Shown: positions 1-10,381, counted from the stretch's first letter. The stretch is DNA of 64,000 nt from Polyangiales bacterium (GCA_038230375.1 JBBRNJ010000025.1:37879-101878), one strand, 5' to 3'. A program made the numbers and translations. Notes: generated by a model not told the origin, from the sequence alone.

Positions 1-107
1 CGCTGCACGGCGACCTCTCCACGGCCGAGCGCCAACAGGTCGCGAGCGAGATCGACAAGGTGCGCGACGTACTCTCCGCCATCGCGCGCGAGGTCCGCGG
101 TCGCTGA
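1..107 (+). CDS. 3' end of a gene entering from the left (hypothetical)
   Basis: Open frame from position 3, LHGDLSTAERQQVASEIDKVRDVLSAIAREVRGR*, with GC3-rich codons; TGA at 105-107. Confidence 0.6.
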   Translation, partial: LHGDLSTAERQQVASEIDKVRDVLSAIAREVRGR

Positions 108-206
108 AGATTCGCGGACCGCGCGCCAACGCGAGCGCGCATACTTCGCACGAAAATCTGCCGCCGGAAAATTCGAAATCCCCCGGCTTTTCTAGCGTGA
201 TGGCTC

Positions 207-226
207 CAGTTCCGGCGCCGGAACTG
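207..226. repeat. Perfect 20-bp palindrome in an intergenic region (possible operator or hairpin)
   Basis: CAGTTCCGGC|GCCGGAACTG, extendable by GGCT/AGCC; about 60 bp upstream of the VOC gene. Confidence 0.5.
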
Positions 227-283
227 AGCCGTCCGTCGGCCGGTCTCCGTTGACGTCGGGCCAGCGGCGCGTACCTTCGCGCG

Positions 284-658
284 ATGCTTTTGAACGAGAA
301 ACTCGTAGCCTTCATCTCCACCCGCGACGTCGAAGTGGCGAAGGCCTTCTATGGCACCACGCTCGGCCTTCCTCTCATCCACGCAGACGCGTTTGCGCTC
401 GTCTACGGCGCGAACGGGACGAAGATTCGAATCCAGGTCGTGAAGGAGGTCACGCCGCATCCGTTCACCGCGCTCGGTTGGGACGTTTCGAACATGGAGA
501 CGACCGTCCGCGCGCTGATGGAGCGCGGCGTTACGTTCGAGCGCTTCCCGGGGATGGTTCAGGACGACCTGGGAATCTGGAAGGCGCCTTCAGGCACGCA
601 GGTTGTGTGGTTCAAGGATCCCGAGGGTCACGTGCTCTCGCTCAGCCACCACGACTGA
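284..658 (+). CDS. VOC/glyoxalase/bleomycin-resistance family protein
   Basis: AKAFYGTTLGL and WFKDPEGHVLSL motifs; 124 aa. Confidence 0.9.
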   Translation: MLLNEKLVAFISTRDVEVAKAFYGTTLGLPLIHADAFALVYGANGTKIRIQVVKEVTPHPFTALGWDVSNMETTVRALMERGVTFERFPGMVQDDLGIWKAPSGTQVVWFKDPEGHVLSLSHHD

Positions 659-1532
659 GCGCCTCTTCGAAGGCGGCGAGGAACTCGGGATCGGCGGGCG
701 TTGCCGCGATGCCCAGGCGACGGCGGATGACGAGGGAGAGGTTGTCGGCAAGGACCTCTTCAGGGTGGATCGTGTACTTCGAATTTCGCGCGATCCGCGG
801 GGACCAGTCTGTCGCTTCTGCAAAGACCACAACGGGCGCTCCACCGGTGTCGCGCACCACCGTCCCGGCATCGGGGTCGATCTCGAGGAGCGTCACACGC
901 ACCACACCGAGCACCGACGTTCGCTCGAGCACGTCTGCGAGTGGCAGTGGGCAGGTGAGGAGCGGAACGAACGCGTGCTCCCCGAGCCGCAAATAGTGCC
1001 CTAGCGCGTGGGCGTCGGGGTTCGTCATCCGGGAGGCGTCGAGCTCGGGCGGTGGCGTGATGGGACCGACGGGCGCGAACCCGAGGAGAGCGTAGGTCGC
1101 ATCGCGGAGTGCGGGCGTTTTCCGGGATGCAATGTGGAACAGCTCGTGCGCCAGGAGGCGGAGCGCGCTCTCGCCTCGGAGCCTCTGCACACGCGCTGCT
1201 GGCAGGACGATCGCGTTCGCCCGCGTATACGCGTGGTCGCGTTCCTCGCGGCCGGTCGTCTTCACGATGAGCACCTCGCGCGGGAGGATCGCGCCGAGTC
1301 CCCGCGCGCCATGCGCGACCGCGGAGATTGCCTCCTCCCACGCCGCCTCCTCTTCTCCAGTGAAGTCGACCGCCTGCTCTCCGAGGAATCGCCTCAGATC
1401 CGCGTCGCCGACCGGCGCGCTCGTGCGCATCCTGAACGAGCGGTCGAACCCGCCGAGCGCGCGCGTGAAGTCATCCTCCGCTGCGAGGATCGCCCGGCCC
1501 TCTGACGCGCTCGCGAGTCTGAGAAGAGTCAT
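642..1532 (-). CDS. Hypothetical protein with HExxH motif (putative zinc metallopeptidase-like)
   Basis: LLAHELFH plus downstream HPEEVLADN; long ORF with coding-like codon bias. Confidence 0.65.
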   Translation of the reverse strand: MTLLRLASASEGRAILAAEDDFTRALGGFDRSFRMRTSAPVGDADLRRFLGEQAVDFTGEEEAAWEEAISAVAHGARGLGAILPREVLIVKTTGREERDHAYTRANAIVLPAARVQRLRGESALRLLAHELFHIASRKTPALRDATYALLGFAPVGPITPPPELDASRMTNPDAHALGHYLRLGEHAFVPLLTCPLPLADVLERTSVLGVVRVTLLEIDPDAGTVVRDTGGAPVVVFAEATDWSPRIARNSKYTIHPEEVLADNLSLVIRRRLGIAATPADPEFLAAFEEALSRGG

Positions 1533-1545
1533 CGCGACCGAACGG

Positions 1546-2004
1546 TCACGTCCGCGACCGTAGAATCGTTTCGAGCGCCACCACGTCGGCTATGTCCTGG
1601 GGCCGTCCCGACGCCGTCTTGTTCTTGATGAGCGACTCGATGCCGATCACTGGGCACGTGAGGCCATCGGAGAAGCTCGCGGTGATGTGGGAGGGCCACG
1701 CATCGTTGAAGGACAGTCCTGAGATCTTGGTGATGATGTCTACTCTCATGGGAGGAACACCGATCTGGAGTCCGGCACCTGGGGTGTGAAGCTCCTGCTC
1801 GGTAAGGCCCATGAGCGGAGCTCCGAAGTCGCCGAGCGCAGCGATCACACGAGGAGCATTCTCCGCAGACGCGTCTACCCACACGTCGAGGTCCTTCGTG
1901 GCGCGCGGATGCCCATGTACGCCGACCGCGTACGCGCCGACGATCATGAACTTCACATCAGCGTCGAGTAACGCGCGCAATAGATCGAGAAAGTCGGGGT
2001 TCAT
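1546..2004 (-). CDS. Nucleotidyltransferase family protein (DUF6036-like), putative toxin-antitoxin component
   Basis: VGAYAVGVHGHPRATKDLDVW NTase motif; C-terminal KTASGRPQDIAD. Confidence 0.8.
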   Translation of the reverse strand: MNPDFLDLLRALLDADVKFMIVGAYAVGVHGHPRATKDLDVWVDASAENAPRVIAALGDFGAPLMGLTEQELHTPGAGLQIGVPPMRVDIITKISGLSFNDAWPSHITASFSDGLTCPVIGIESLIKNKTASGRPQDIADVVALETILRSRT

Positions 2005-2185
2005 GCGGCTCGTCCGGGTGTGCGATGCGATGGAGCTCCAGGCTCAATTCCCATGTGACCTTGGCGCGGTCCGCAACCGGGATCGCTAGCCAGAAAGCGA
2101 CGTCGTTCGCGTCCGCTTCTTCCTGCGTTCGAACGACGCGGGTGGTCCACATGGCCCGTCGTCGCTTTCGTTCCGCAGCGTCCAT
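1958..2185 (-). CDS. Small hypothetical protein coupled to the NTase (putative antitoxin or partner)
   Basis: 75-aa ORF MDAAERKRRRAMWTTRVVR...FWLAIPVADRAKVTWELS; overlaps the NTase gene by 47 nt. Confidence 0.65.
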   Translation of the reverse strand: MDAAERKRRRAMWTTRVVRTQEEADANDVAFWLAIPVADRAKVTWELSLELHRIAHPDEPHEPRLSRSIARVTRR

Positions 2186-2250
2186 CCAGAAAATAGTACC
2201 ACAACTGCGATGACACCGGCGGTCGCGGTCTGGTTCCGCACGCGACGGGC

Positions 2251-2619
2251 TCAGCGTGGAGTGCGCTGCGCCGGATCGTAGAAGAACGTCTCGGAGGCGA
2301 TACGCTCTCCCTCCCAGGTCTGATAGGCGATCTCCTCCATCCGCGTGCGTCCACCCTCGAGCCACTGGAACTCGAAGACCCAGCGGATGACCACCTTGTC
2401 CCCCGCCACGAACACGGGGCGAATGCAGCGCGAAGACACGCTGAGCGCACGCGACATCACGCGCCGCTCCTGCGCAACGAGCGCCGCCCGTCCCACACGC
2501 GGCTCGCCCTGGTTTTCCTGGATCGACCCGTTCTCGAGATAGAACTCCTCGATCGCCTCCGCGTGCTTGTTCTCGACAACGCGCCCGATGAAGCGCTCCA
2601 AGGTCTCCGAGGTCGGCAT
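2251..2619 (-). CDS. SnoaL-like/NTF2 family protein
   Basis: MPTSETLERF...EAIEEFY...MEEIAYQTWEGERIASETFFYD. Confidence 0.85.
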   Translation of the reverse strand: MPTSETLERFIGRVVENKHAEAIEEFYLENGSIQENQGEPRVGRAALVAQERRVMSRALSVSSRCIRPVFVAGDKVVIRWVFEFQWLEGGRTRMEEIAYQTWEGERIASETFFYDPAQRTPR

Positions 2620-2650
2620 GGGGGGAGTGTGAACCTGAGTGGCGCGCTCT

Positions 2651-3934
2651 TCAATCCTGCCGTTTGGCATCGCCGACCGCCGCTGAGCTTGCGCCGCTCA
2701 CCAGACCTTCGAGTCGGCGTGTCGCGATGCCGCTACCGTCCTCTCCGGCCATCGCCTTCGCCATGTCTGAAGCCCCTCGCTGAAGAGACGCGGAATCGAC
2801 GGCCTCGCGGATCATCGCCCCCACCTTTTCCGGGGTCGCCTTCCAGAACGACAGCCCGGTACCTGCGCCGACTTGCTCGACGCGCTTTGCCCAGAGCCGC
2901 TGCTCGATGATGAACGGCAGGACCACCGACGGCTTCCCCGCTCGGAGGGCCATGTGGGTCGTGCCCGCACCACCATGGTGCACCACCACCGAGCACGACG
3001 GAACAAGGCGGCGGTGCGGTGCCCAGGGAAGGATGAACAGATCGCCGTCTCGCACTTCGTCGTTGCTCGTCTTGGTCTGGATGATCGCGCGCGTCTTTGC
3101 GTGACGCGCAGACGCCATGAGAAGCTTCTGAACGCGCTCGGCAGCCATGTGCTCCCATGAGCCGAGCGTCAGCAAGACCGGCTCCGATCCCTCCTCGAGA
3201 AAAGCGCGAAGGGCAGTGGATGGTGCCCACGCCTCGGCCTCGAGCGGCATGAGCAACTCGCCGCACGTGCAATGGATGTCGGGCCAATCCGGGGCCGGTG
3301 GCCAGAACGACGGACTGGCCGCATGCAGGTTGAGGCGATCCGAGAAGACCACGTCGGGGATGGCATGACGGATGGTTGGCAGCCCCTTCTCCGCGAAGAA
3401 CTTCCGTGGCGCCTTGGTGAAGGCCATGTCCATCATGACGTGCGTGAGCGCCCACGCGGGCCGAGCCAGCCATCGCCACGCGGGGAAGATCACCGGAGGC
3501 ACCTCCCGCGACGGAACGAGAGCTGGAATGTAATCGAGGGACACGAAGGGCACGCCCGCTCGGAGACACGCCGCCTTCACCAGCCAGCAGGGGTTGCTGC
3601 CCACGACGACGTCCGAGGCCGCACACAAGTCCAGTGCGGCCGTGTACATCGCTTCCAGATATGGATTGAACGTGAGGTCGAGCACCGCCGTCATCAGCTT
3701 GGTGGGATCGGAGCTCTTGGCGTTGCGCACGAGCTGCTGGAGCGTGAGGTCCATGCGCTCGGGGACCGTCTGGAGCGAAATACCGAGCGACTCACAGAGC
3801 GGCAGATAGTCCTTCCCGTCGATCGGCGTGAGCACCAGGCGAGCTTCGTGACCGCTCTTGCGGATACGCGCAGCGAGGGCAATGAGCGGCCGGAGATCGC
3901 CCTCCGAGCCCCACCCCTGGAGACCAATGCGCAT
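2651..3934 (-). CDS. Glycosyltransferase, GT1/GT28-like (GT-B fold)
   Basis: N-terminal GSEGDLRP; C-terminal HHGGAGTT...PFIIEQRLW UDP-sugar binding motif. Confidence 0.9.
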   Translation of the reverse strand: MRIGLQGWGSEGDLRPLIALAARIRKSGHEARLVLTPIDGKDYLPLCESLGISLQTVPERMDLTLQQLVRNAKSSDPTKLMTAVLDLTFNPYLEAMYTAALDLCAASDVVVGSNPCWLVKAACLRAGVPFVSLDYIPALVPSREVPPVIFPAWRWLARPAWALTHVMMDMAFTKAPRKFFAEKGLPTIRHAIPDVVFSDRLNLHAASPSFWPPAPDWPDIHCTCGELLMPLEAEAWAPSTALRAFLEEGSEPVLLTLGSWEHMAAERVQKLLMASARHAKTRAIIQTKTSNDEVRDGDLFILPWAPHRRLVPSCSVVVHHGGAGTTHMALRAGKPSVVLPFIIEQRLWAKRVEQVGAGTGLSFWKATPEKVGAMIREAVDSASLQRGASDMAKAMAGEDGSGIATRRLEGLVSGASSAAVGDAKRQD

Positions 3935-4113
3935 ACGTCACGCCCTCTTTCGCCGATAGATGCACGAGCAGCTAGACGGGCTTCTCGTCACCCTCTGCCC
4001 GTCAGAGGTCGCGCCGATGGATTCGTGAGCGCACGACGTTCTCCGCCAACGATGTCGCATGATCAGAGCATATGACGTTCCCGCCGGCGGCGCGGCGTCG
4101 TAGATTCGGCGGC

Positions 4114-4544
4114 ATGGGCGTTCTGACCTTCGCGATCAATGTGACGTTGGACGGGTGCGTCGATCATCGTGTGGGGATCGTGGATGACCAGATGCTCCGC
4201 TTCTGGACACAGCTGATGGACGCAGCGGGCGCTGTGCTCTACGGGCGCACCACCTACGAGCTCATGGAGGAGGCCTGGCCAGCGGTGTTGCGCGACAAGA
4301 ACGCGCCGCGCGTGATGCGGGACTGGGCGCGCAACGCGGTGTGCTCGTCGGCAGCACCACGCTCGGCGCCGCGCTCGAGCGACTGGGGATCATCGACGAG
4401 TATCGCCTCGTCGTGCACCCGGTCCTGGCAGGTCACGGACCGACCTTGTTTCAGGGCTCTCCGCGCGTGAGGCACCTCGAGCTCCTCGCTACGAAGCGCC
4501 TCAAGTCGGGCGTGATCGCGATGCACTGCCGCCGCAAAGAGTGA
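4114..4544 (+). pseudogene. Dihydrofolate reductase/RibD C-terminal family protein, internally deleted and frameshifted
   Basis: INVTLDGCVDH...GRTTYELM...DWAR in one frame joins at about 4334/4335 to GVLVGS...IDEYRLVVHPVLAGHGPTLF in another frame; the family's middle segment (KPKYVVS...) is missing. Confidence 0.8.
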
Positions 4545-4595
4545 GATGATTCACGGCATCGCCCGCGTCGCTTCATGTCAGCACATGGATTCATC

Positions 4596-5102
4596 TCACC
4601 GGACCCGTTGGCTGGGGTTTGGGCCTGTTCCGGCGCCGAAGGCCAATCGATTCTTCATATCCTCCAGTGCTGCGGCGATCGCTGCTCGTTGTTGCACGAT
4701 GAGCGCGAGGACCGCGCCGCCGAACGCCGGGTCGCCTTCGAGCACGTTGTCGTACGCAGCCAGGGCGTTGGCTTCCCCACGGATGCATTCGTCCACGACC
4801 ACGTCGTCTCGGCGACCTTCGATCTGCATCCGCGCACCGGTCCAGCCGCGGTGAAGCGTGCCGCCGATCGTGCCCTGGTTCTCGTGAGTCGCGCCGAGTC
4901 CGTCGGTGGTGCGTTGAAGCTCGGTCACGAAATCTGCCCGCTGTCGCTCGTAGCTCGACATGATCGACTTGAGCTGTGGGTCTCGCACATCGGCCGCCGC
5001 AGCGCCGTAGCCCTTCTCGCCGTCCGTACAGGTCTCGATGCATCGATTGAGGGCCGTGACGGTGAGTGCCAACTGCCTGCGTTCGATAGTCGTCATGTTC
5101 AT
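4596..5102 (-). CDS. PA2169/DUF2383 family four-helix-bundle (ferritin-like) protein
   Basis: LNRCIETCTDGEKGYGAAA...GTLHRGW...ECIRGEANALAAY; AGGAG RBS upstream. Confidence 0.9.
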   Translation of the reverse strand: MNMTTIERRQLALTVTALNRCIETCTDGEKGYGAAAADVRDPQLKSIMSSYERQRADFVTELQRTTDGLGATHENQGTIGGTLHRGWTGARMQIEGRRDDVVVDECIRGEANALAAYDNVLEGDPAFGGAVLALIVQQRAAIAAALEDMKNRLAFGAGTGPNPSQRVR

Positions 5103-5126
5103 GGGGGGGCTCCTGCCTTCGATGAC

Positions 5127-5142
5127 TGCAAGAGAAGTGCCC
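5127..5142 (-). promoter_or_regulatory. Putative sigma-54 (-24/-12) promoter of the DUF2383 gene
   Basis: Minus strand GGGCACTTCTCTTGCA has exact GG-N10-GC spacing, 25 nt upstream of the ATG. Confidence 0.65.
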
Positions 5143-5244
5143 GACGCGGGTAGCGGGATTGTCGGCGTGTCTTTACGTCACGCCGGGTAGAACCGCAGAA
5201 CGTGCGTTACCGCGCGCCGCTTGCGCACGTGTTCGAAGGGATGG

Positions 5245-6584
5245 TCAGGGGTTCGGTTGAAGACCGACCTGGGTGATGCTGTCGGGCCTTGCGTTCACGA
5301 CGATCGAACCGAACTGCGTATTGCCGGGGGGCGGGGTGAAGCCTTTGATCGTCAGGTTCGTGCTGGTGGGAACGTTCTCAAAGCCGCCAAGGCCTATTCC
5401 GTCGGTTGCGGTCGCAGTCCGCGAAAGCGTGTTGTTCGCGAAGTAGAACGGGACTGCGCTGGAGTCGAGGTCCGTCGCCGACAATTTCACGCCGAGCGCT
5501 GGGAGAAAAGCGCAGCCTCGATGACGATGTGGCCTCGTCCGGCGATGGGTGCCGGGAAGCCAGCCTGCGTCCACACACTGGCGTAGAGAGCCTTGTCCAG
5601 GATGGCAACCTCCTGGATCAGCCTGGCGTTGGGAGCGCTGAACGGGAAGCCGGGGTAGAAGCGATGTGGCGTGAAGGTGGGTGAGTCCACATCGAAGAAC
5701 ACCTGCGGCGCAAGATCGACCACCTTGGCCAGACGAAGGTGCGCGTCCCCGTTCGCGTCCGTCACACCATTCGCATCGAGCGGCGTGACGCACCCCGTAT
5801 CCGATGCAGCGCACAGCTTCACGTTGGCTCCGGACACTGGCGCGTAGGGCGGAGAGTAGTTTCTCACGTGAAGCGTGATGTCGATCGCGCTTGCCTTCGC
5901 GAACGGCCACGTCACGTGTCCGATGCACGCGAAGTCGTCTCCCAGCTGACAGTCCTGCACGCAATGACTGAGTCCAGCGCTCGCAAGCGCATTGAACGCG
6001 GCTATGCCGGCATCGTTCGCCGAGTCGCACGCGGTCGCGCAGTCCGGCGTCACGCACGCGTAGCGGCAGCGGTAGAGCGCAAGGCAGGCGGCGTCGTTCG
6101 AGCACGCCTGGAACTCCGAGCAACTGTTCACGGTCGCGCATTGCTGGCACTTGTCCGCCGCGTTCGGTGGGATGTACGCGAGCGAACCACCGCATTGCAG
6201 ATTGCACTCATTTTCGCAGCTCGTGGCGGCGCATGCCTCGAGCGCCGGAAGCGAGGAGACGGGACCGATGGCATGGTCGACCGTGCACTGCGATCGGCAC
6301 CGAGCGTCGCCGTTGCACGCGAGCTCGCACGTGGCGAGCGCGCTGCACGCTGGTTCTTTCGAGCTCCCACAACGCTGCGCCTCCGAGCAGCAGCGCGATT
6401 CGATGCAGGCGCGGCAGCTACCCGGAGCGAGCGCGAGCCCGTATGCGAGAGCCCCACCGAGATCACCATCGGAGGCATCCACGAGAGGCGACCCGTCGTC
6501 GTGAATTCCGACGATCTGCCGACACGCGACCGCAACGAGGCCGACGGTGCCCATCGCAATCATCAGCTTCAGGCCGCCTCCCAT
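5245..6584 (-). pseudogene. Cys-rich secreted lipoprotein with C-terminal beta-sandwich domains; frameshift near 5517
   Basis: Lipobox VAVAC and repeated C-x2-C-x4-C units; GHIVIE continues in another frame as CAFLPALGVKLS...FYF...GFENVP to the stop at 5245. Confidence 0.7.
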
Positions 6585-6735
6585 TCCTCCAGGCTACCAA
6601 ATGCCGGCTGCGCTGGCGCGAGGCGCGAGGCGCGAGCCGGGGCGATTTGCCCGGGAATGGGTCCTGGAACGCGACGGATGGGCAGGGAACGGACGGTTTG
6701 ATTGACACGTCCCCGGCTCCTCGCGATCCTCTGGT

Positions 6736-9081
6736 GTGGCGGCAGATCCAGACGACGACACGTTGGCCGCGCCCGACACCGCGGTTGCGGGCAGCGCACA
6801 CCACCCCGTGCTCGATCGCCGCTACGAGATCCTTGGGCTCCTCGGATCGGGTGGCATGGGCAACGTGTACAAGGCCCGCGATCTCGAGCTGGACGAGATC
6901 ATTGCACTGAAAGTGCTCCGCCCCGAGCTCGTCGGCGCGCCTGGCGCGATCGACCGATTTCGTCGGGAAGTGAAGCTCGCGCGCCGCATCACGCACCCGA
7001 ACGTGGGCCGCGTCTTCGACATTGGCGAGCATGGCGGAGACAAGATCATCACGATGGCGCTGATCGACGGCGAGGCACTCTCGACGGTCCTCGCGCGCGA
7101 GCGGCTGGTGATCGCGCGCGCTGTGGAGATCGCTTCGGGCATCTGCGCAGGTGTCGGCGCCGCCCATGCTGCGGGCGTCGTGCACCGCGACCTGAAGCCC
7201 GACAATGTGATGATCGAGAAGGGCGGGGCCGTCATTGTCATGGATTTCGGGATCGCACGCGCCGCGGCAGCCAGCGACGCAGCGAGGAGCTTCGCGGGCC
7301 TCGTTGGTACCCCCGCTTACATGGCGCCCGAGCAAGTCGATGATCGGGCCGCGATCGACACGCGCGCGGACATCTATGCGTTCGGCGTGATGCTCTACGA
7401 GATGCTGACGGGAGAGCTACCGTGGCGCGGCGACTCCGTCATCGCGGTCGCGGCAGCGCGGCTTCTTCATCCACCGCCGGACCCGCGAAGCGCACGCGCC
7501 GATCTGCCGCCTGCGCTCGCGGCGATCGTTCTTCGTTGTATGGCGAAGAGTCCGGATGATCGGTTCTCGAACATGCAGGACGTTGTCTCCGTGCTCGCCG
7601 GGTTGACGATGCCGGCCGAGTCCCCGGGCGCCAAGGCCATGCTGCACGCTTCGCCAGCGATTGACGTCCTGCCGCACGTCGGCGTTCGTCGTGTTGCGGT
7701 CCTCCCCTTTCGCAACCGAGGCGCGCCCGAGGAAGAGCACGTGGCCGACGGGCTCACGGAGGATCTCATCGATCTGCTGAGCGCGGGTCGCAAGCTTCGT
7801 GTGACCTCGCGCGGCGTGGTGATGAAGTACAAGGGCATCGAGCGCGATCCACGGGAAATTGGGCGTGAGCTGGACGTCAACGTGGTCGTGGAGGGCTCGG
7901 TGCGGCGCGCGCCCGGATCGTTCCTCATCACGGCGCGCCTCGTCAGCGTCGCGGACGGCTTTCAGCTCTGGGCGCGCCGCTTCAAAGGCGTCGAAGTCGA
8001 CATGCTCGCGCTGAACGACGAAGTCGCGCAGGCAGTGGCCGAGGCTCTCGCCGTGGATCTCGACGCAGAGAAGCGGGGCGCGGTCGCCGATCTCGAGGCC
8101 GCGGATCTCTATCTCCGTGGGCGCGCAGCATTTCGCCGCTTCCTGGTCGAAGAGTCCGACGAAGACGCGACCTCACTCTTCGAGAAGGCACTCGCGCGTA
8201 CACCGAACGATCCGCGGATCATCGCGGCCTACGTCATGGCGCGCGTCCAGATCGGGCGTGCGACGGGGTCCAGAGACACCTCGCAGCCCACGAGCTTTGC
8301 CCAGCTCGCGAGCGGGCTCCAGGCGCAGGCGGAGGTCGCGCTTCGGGCTGCACCGACGCTCGCGGACGCCCACGTCGCCCTCGGGTACCTGACATTCCAG
8401 ATGGGCGACGAGGTCGCGGCGATGACCTCGCTTCGCCGCGGCGTGCTTCTCGCCCCGAACTCCGCCGACGCGCACGACGTGCTCGGTCGCATCCTCTCGG
8501 AAGCGGATCGCAAGGAGGGCCTTCGACATCTCCAGACGGCGATCACGCTGGAGCCAGGGCTCGACAAGGCGCGTGTCGCGCTCGCGCGCCATCACTACCT
8601 CGCGGGCGACCGCGATCTCGCGACCTCGACGCTCGAGTCGAGCGACAAGCACATGTTCCCCATTCGTGCGCGTCTGTGCCTCTGGTCGCGCGACCGTGAG
8701 CTCGCAAAGGAGCTGCTGTCAGGCGACCTGGGAAACCCGAGCCCCACCCGTAGCGTCTCGGTCGGGTTCCTCGAGCTGATTGCGGGTGGAGGCAAGCTAG
8801 ACCTTTCCTCGGTGAGCCCGCCTGCGGCCAGCATCTCACCTCGCTTGAATGCGTTCTTCAGCCAAATTCGCGCGGAGATCGCGTGCGTGGGGAGCGACTA
8901 TCCGCGTGCCATCGAAGAGATCGTCGCCGGGGAACGCGGGGCGCTCTTCGACATCGCGTGGCTGACGCGATGCCCACTCCTCGCGCCGTTGCAGAACGAG
9001 CCAGAGGTCATCGCCGCGCGCGCGCGGATGGAAGCTCGTGTCTCGCGCATCGTTGCGGCATACGTCACTCCCTTCGAGTAG
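6736..9081 (+). CDS. Hanks-type Ser/Thr protein kinase with TolB-N-like and TPR domains
   Basis: LGSGGMGNVY, HRDLKPDN, DFG, APE; VAVLPFRN...ADGLTEDLI TolB-N-like motif; TPR-like repeats. Confidence 0.92.
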   Translation: MAADPDDDTLAAPDTAVAGSAHHPVLDRRYEILGLLGSGGMGNVYKARDLELDEIIALKVLRPELVGAPGAIDRFRREVKLARRITHPNVGRVFDIGEHGGDKIITMALIDGEALSTVLARERLVIARAVEIASGICAGVGAAHAAGVVHRDLKPDNVMIEKGGAVIVMDFGIARAAAASDAARSFAGLVGTPAYMAPEQVDDRAAIDTRADIYAFGVMLYEMLTGELPWRGDSVIAVAAARLLHPPPDPRSARADLPPALAAIVLRCMAKSPDDRFSNMQDVVSVLAGLTMPAESPGAKAMLHASPAIDVLPHVGVRRVAVLPFRNRGAPEEEHVADGLTEDLIDLLSAGRKLRVTSRGVVMKYKGIERDPREIGRELDVNVVVEGSVRRAPGSFLITARLVSVADGFQLWARRFKGVEVDMLALNDEVAQAVAEALAVDLDAEKRGAVADLEAADLYLRGRAAFRRFLVEESDEDATSLFEKALARTPNDPRIIAAYVMARVQIGRATGSRDTSQPTSFAQLASGLQAQAEVALRAAPTLADAHVALGYLTFQMGDEVAAMTSLRRGVLLAPNSADAHDVLGRILSEADRKEGLRHLQTAITLEPGLDKARVALARHHYLAGDRDLATSTLESSDKHMFPIRARLCLWSRDRELAKELLSGDLGNPSPTRSVSVGFLELIAGGGKLDLSSVSPPAASISPRLNAFFSQIRAEIACVGSDYPRAIEEIVAGERGALFDIAWLTRCPLLAPLQNEPEVIAARARMEARVSRIVAAYVTPFE

Positions 9082-9180
9082 CGGCCGCTGCTTCTCTGCA
9101 GGCAAGGCACGCCCGGCAATGCTGCGGCAATCGCTGTGCGTAGACCTGCGGCGCACGCGTGCGTAGAGTCGTTGGAGTCG

Positions 9181-10362
9181 ATGTCCGTAAGCTTCTCTCA
9201 GGGACAGGTGATCGAAGGCCGCTACCAGCTGCTGTCGCGGCTTGGCGCTGGCGGCGTAGGCAGCGTGTGGCTCGCAAAGGACCACACGCGGAAGATCACG
9301 GTGGCGGTGAAGGTCCTTCGCTCCGCCGTGAAGAACCGGACGGAGATGCTCGGGCTGTTCGAGCAGGAGGCCGAGCTCTCTGCGCGCATGATGAGCCCCA
9401 ACATCGTGCGCGTGCTTGCGCGCGGCGTGGATGGCTCCGGCTCGCCGTACATCGTCTACGAGGCGCTCGAGGGTGAAGATCTTGCGACGCGCATCACGCG
9501 CAAGACGCGGCTCGATCTGGTCGAGACGGAGACCATCATCGTTCACGGCGCGCGCGCGCTCGCACGGGCGCACGCGGTTGGTGTGGTGCACCGCGACGTG
9601 AAGCCCGCCAACATGTTCCTCACCCGGGACGAGGCGGGGCGACTGCTCGTGAAGGTCCTGGATTTCGGCGTCGCGGAGATGATCGCCAAGACCGCCGCGA
9701 GCGATCTCTCCGGCACTGTCGAGTACATGGCGCCCGAGATCCTCCTCGAAGGAAAGCCGCCGGGCGCGCGGAGCGATCTGTACTCGCTCGCCGTGGTTGC
9801 CTATCGCAGTCTGTGCGGGGCGCTTCCATTCACGGGCGATGCGCTTGGCGCGCTCATGGTCGCAATCTCGACAACGAAGCCGCCGCTCGCCTCCGCGGTG
9901 GTCGGCGCGCCGGGCGCGGAGCTCCTGGACGCGTGGTTTGCACGTGCCCTCGCGCTCGACCCGGAGCAGCGCTTCGCGACCGCACGCGACCTTGCCGAGT
10001 CGTTCCACGGGGCCATCAAGCAGGCGAAGGCGCTCGCGCCGCTGCTCGCGGTCCCCACGCCCGAGGATCAGCCGCCGCCGTCGCTCCTCAAGCGCACGCT
10101 CCCGGACTCCACGGAGACCGTGGTCCTGAAGCAGGAGGCAAAGCCGTCCTCCGCGCGCAAGGCAGCACCACCAGCGCCCCATCGTGCCCCCGTCGCCGCA
10201 CGTCCGCCGCCACCGATGCGCCCGCGAGCGCAGAGCTTCGTCTTCGACGAGGACCCGGGCACCTTCACGGAACCCGCCGCGTCATCCTCATCCGCCTCCA
10301 CTTCCTCCCGCATGGACGTGGTGGAGGTAGACGGCCGCGTCCCCGGAAAAGACGACCGCTGA
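9181..10362 (+). CDS. Hanks-type Ser/Thr protein kinase with a Pro-rich cytoplasmic tail
   Basis: LGAGGVGSVW, HRDVKPAN, DFG, APE; no TM segment seen. Confidence 0.9.
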   Translation: MSVSFSQGQVIEGRYQLLSRLGAGGVGSVWLAKDHTRKITVAVKVLRSAVKNRTEMLGLFEQEAELSARMMSPNIVRVLARGVDGSGSPYIVYEALEGEDLATRITRKTRLDLVETETIIVHGARALARAHAVGVVHRDVKPANMFLTRDEAGRLLVKVLDFGVAEMIAKTAASDLSGTVEYMAPEILLEGKPPGARSDLYSLAVVAYRSLCGALPFTGDALGALMVAISTTKPPLASAVVGAPGAELLDAWFARALALDPEQRFATARDLAESFHGAIKQAKALAPLLAVPTPEDQPPPSLLKRTLPDSTETVVLKQEAKPSSARKAAPPAPHRAPVAARPPPPMRPRAQSFVFDEDPGTFTEPAASSSSASTSSRMDVVEVDGRVPGKDDR

Positions 10363-10381
10363 CACGGAGAGCGTCTGGCGT

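Noticed and set aside
164..176. CCGGAAAATTCGA shared with 60669-60681 as a dispersed repeat
   Set aside because: A single 13-mer match is expected by chance in 64 kb, and the flanks do not align
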